Source: Syncephalis fuscata S228 (lineage: Eukaryota; Fungi; Zoopagomycota). From it: DNA of 64,000 bases. A program made the position numbers and the translations under genes. Where the stretch lies: positions 248,001 through 312,000 of the forward strand of contig JAHLTZ010000010.1 in the NCBI GenBank assembly GCA_025786725.1, written 5' to 3'. Shown here piece by piece: positions 62,133 through 64,000 of this stretch (positions within the stretch are counted from its first letter, which is position 1; each line of letters begins with the position of its first letter). The notes under the pieces were generated by a model. That model worked only from the letters and a program-made list of their open reading frames with translations. It did not search any database and was not told the DNA's origin.

Positions 62133-63077
62133 ATGAACAACAACAATAATTGTTCTACACCAGCTAGCCAGAGCACGGTCATAGCTGTGGATTCGGACTC
62201 GGCTCATTTAAATCTGGTCAATGCAGTTGAGGTATTGCATACTAATTCGTGGCTGGAACTAGCAAAGCTAACTTACAAACAACCACATTCGGGAGCTACT
62301 TTACCTTGGGAGGTAGTGCGTCGTTTACCAATTGGATATGTCCCTAACAAAACAGAAACAGCAAAATTGCCGACAGCATGGCCGGGTATGACGATGGATG
62401 GTAAAAAAATAAAGGCTAATAAGTAGCGATAATAAATGACTAATGCTTGTAATCAATAGCGGTAGACATTCATGCAGTCTTACGTGGAAGCAATACACCA
62501 CCGCTATTGCTGCTTGTCCTGCAGTATAGACCACCAATCGATGCCTATGTATTGGAATTTCCATCAGGTAATAGTTTGATCAAATGATAAAGTCTATAAA
62601 CTAAACAACGTATTTTTAGGCCTAGTAGACCCTGGAGAAATAGCAGCTAACGCAGCTCTTCGTGAGTTGTTGGAGGAAACGGGATACCGAGGACGTGTAA
62701 CGCATATCGGACAGCTTATTGCTTATGAGCCAGGCCTAACTAACTCGGGTACTCGACTCGTTCGCGTGGAGGTAGTCTATTATTACAATATTCAGGCTAT
62801 AGCGCTAATAGATTTTAAAGGTAAATCTGGATGCCCCGGAAAATCAATCGCCTAAACAACAGCTTGATGGTGACTATGAACAAGGGCTTGAAGTTATCAA
62901 GCTACCTCTACACAATCTTCTGGGCCACATCGAAGGTACTAATTATTGTAGTTATTAATCATTTATCTAACAATGTTACATATATGACTAGATTTACAAA
63001 AAACACGTCCTAATCTTACTGTGGATTCTCGGCTATATACATATGCCGTTGGACAACAATACCATGTCGAGCAATAA
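62133..63077 (+). CDS. Nudix hydrolase (ADP-ribose pyrophosphatase, NUDT5/Ysa1-like)
   Basis: [41 protein letters not shown] Nudix box and VDSRLYTYAVG. Four introns. Confidence 0.92.
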
Positions 63078-63112
63078 GCAAATAAATGATTTATTTAGTA
63101 TAACATATCAGA

Positions 63113-64000
63113 TTACTGCTGAAGATAGCGATGTAGTGTTTTTGCCGGCTGTCGTCGAGATAGACCGACACGGATTGGTGTGCGTGGACTGTTAATACTG
63201 GACATGGCATGTGAGCCTGTATTGCTTGCCATTGGTTTACGTAGTCCTGGCGATTTAACAGCACTAACTGGAGTAGGTGGGGAGGCCACTTTAGCTGTTT
63301 TTACCTTGGTATTTGTATTAGAAGCTAAAGTGGATGCAGTATCGGCTGTTTTAGATGTTGTAGGCTTTTTAACTTGTGCTTTCTTATTAGTAAATGTCGA
63401 CTTTATTGTTGCAATATCCGCTATAATCAATTCCTCTTCTTCTTCATTTACAATTGTTTCTTCCTCTTCTTCTTCACTATCCTCTTTTTCAATGATAGTT
63501 TGTTTGTTATCAGGCTGCTCTTCAAATTCTTCATCTTCAATTTGCTTTTTATTTGCTTTGCTTTGTTTTTTGCTTTGTTTTTTGCTATTCTTTGGCAGTT
63601 CGTCATTTCGCTTTCGTTTTGATGGTGCTGCTGGTTGCTCCGTTTCACCCATAGTATTGGATTCCAAATCACTAGCTGTTTTCGTCTCTTCACCGCCATC
63701 TTCTACTTCGGCAAGATATGCTTCTAAATCAAAAACTGGTGCTACTTTTCCTCGACTTGCACGACCTGATCGTCGTCGTGATCCATCCTCATTGCTTTCA
63801 TTAGAGGCTATTTGCACAGCCATTTGCCAATCCATTTTTTCTTGTTCGGTCATATCTTTAGATACATCAGCGGCTTTTTCTACTTTGTTTTTTGAACGTT
63901 TTATTGGCTCCTTCTTTTTTTTAGTTGTTTGCTTGATCTCTTCATCTATAAATGTAAGCTTATCTGCGCCTTGTTCATTTTTAGGCTCATCCACGTCCAT
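63113..64000 (-). CDS. C-terminal part of a Lys/Glu-rich hypothetical protein (continues beyond the window)
   Basis: Open frame to the window edge, charged low-complexity sequence, ending PIRVGLSRR..TLHRYLQQ*. Confidence 0.75.
   Translation of the reverse strand: MDVDEPKNEQGADKLTFIDEEIKQTTKKKKEPIKRSKNKVEKAADVSKDMTEQEKMDWQMAVQIASNESNEDGSRRRSGRASRGKVAPVFDLEAYLAEVEDGGEETKTASDLESNTMGETEQPAAPSKRKRNDELPKNSKKQSKKQSKANKKQIEDEEFEEQPDNKQTIIEKEDSEEEEEETIVNEEEEELIIADIATIKSTFTNKKAQVKKPTTSKTADTASTLASNTNTKVKTAKVASPPTPVSAVKSPGLRKPMASNTGSHAMSSINSPRTPIRVGLSRRQPAKTLHRYLQQ

Overview
Eukaryotic, AT-rich, intron-dense fungal DNA. It looks like an early-diverging fungus, possibly Zoopagomycota (inference only). 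Housekeeping genes include actin, RPS6, an F-box/JmjC protein, PP2C, a Rab14-like GTPase, eIF2B-alpha, PTPA, a UBE2E-type E2 and a Nudix hydrolase. Secreted or accessory genes include a repetitive mucin-like protein, an S8 subtilisin, a GPI-anchored protein and a decayed kinase. There is also a 5S rRNA-tRNA(Ile) pair and several foldback/MITE-like repeats. The main discovery is invisible to the ORF track: a 26-exon gene at 19216-28676 in which 24 internal exons are only 3 nt long (one is 6 nt), separated by ~80-nt introns homologous to one another. Splicing them by hand gives a clean 59-aa secreted precursor, MRFFIAVVCTLVVAFVAGIIMVDARPDSVRITGAKR|PPCDLWCSPDEDLEHCKCKPEGH*, with a signal peptide, a dibasic KR site and a 4-Cys mature peptide. 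The 3' end of a paralog lies at 1-129. A 7.3-kb LINE with a 16-bp target-site duplication (TSD) is inserted in intron 14 of this gene, and the LINE itself carries a 338-bp solo LTR. Several housekeeping genes have single-base deletions in homopolymer runs, so isolated frameshifts here are probably assembly errors.
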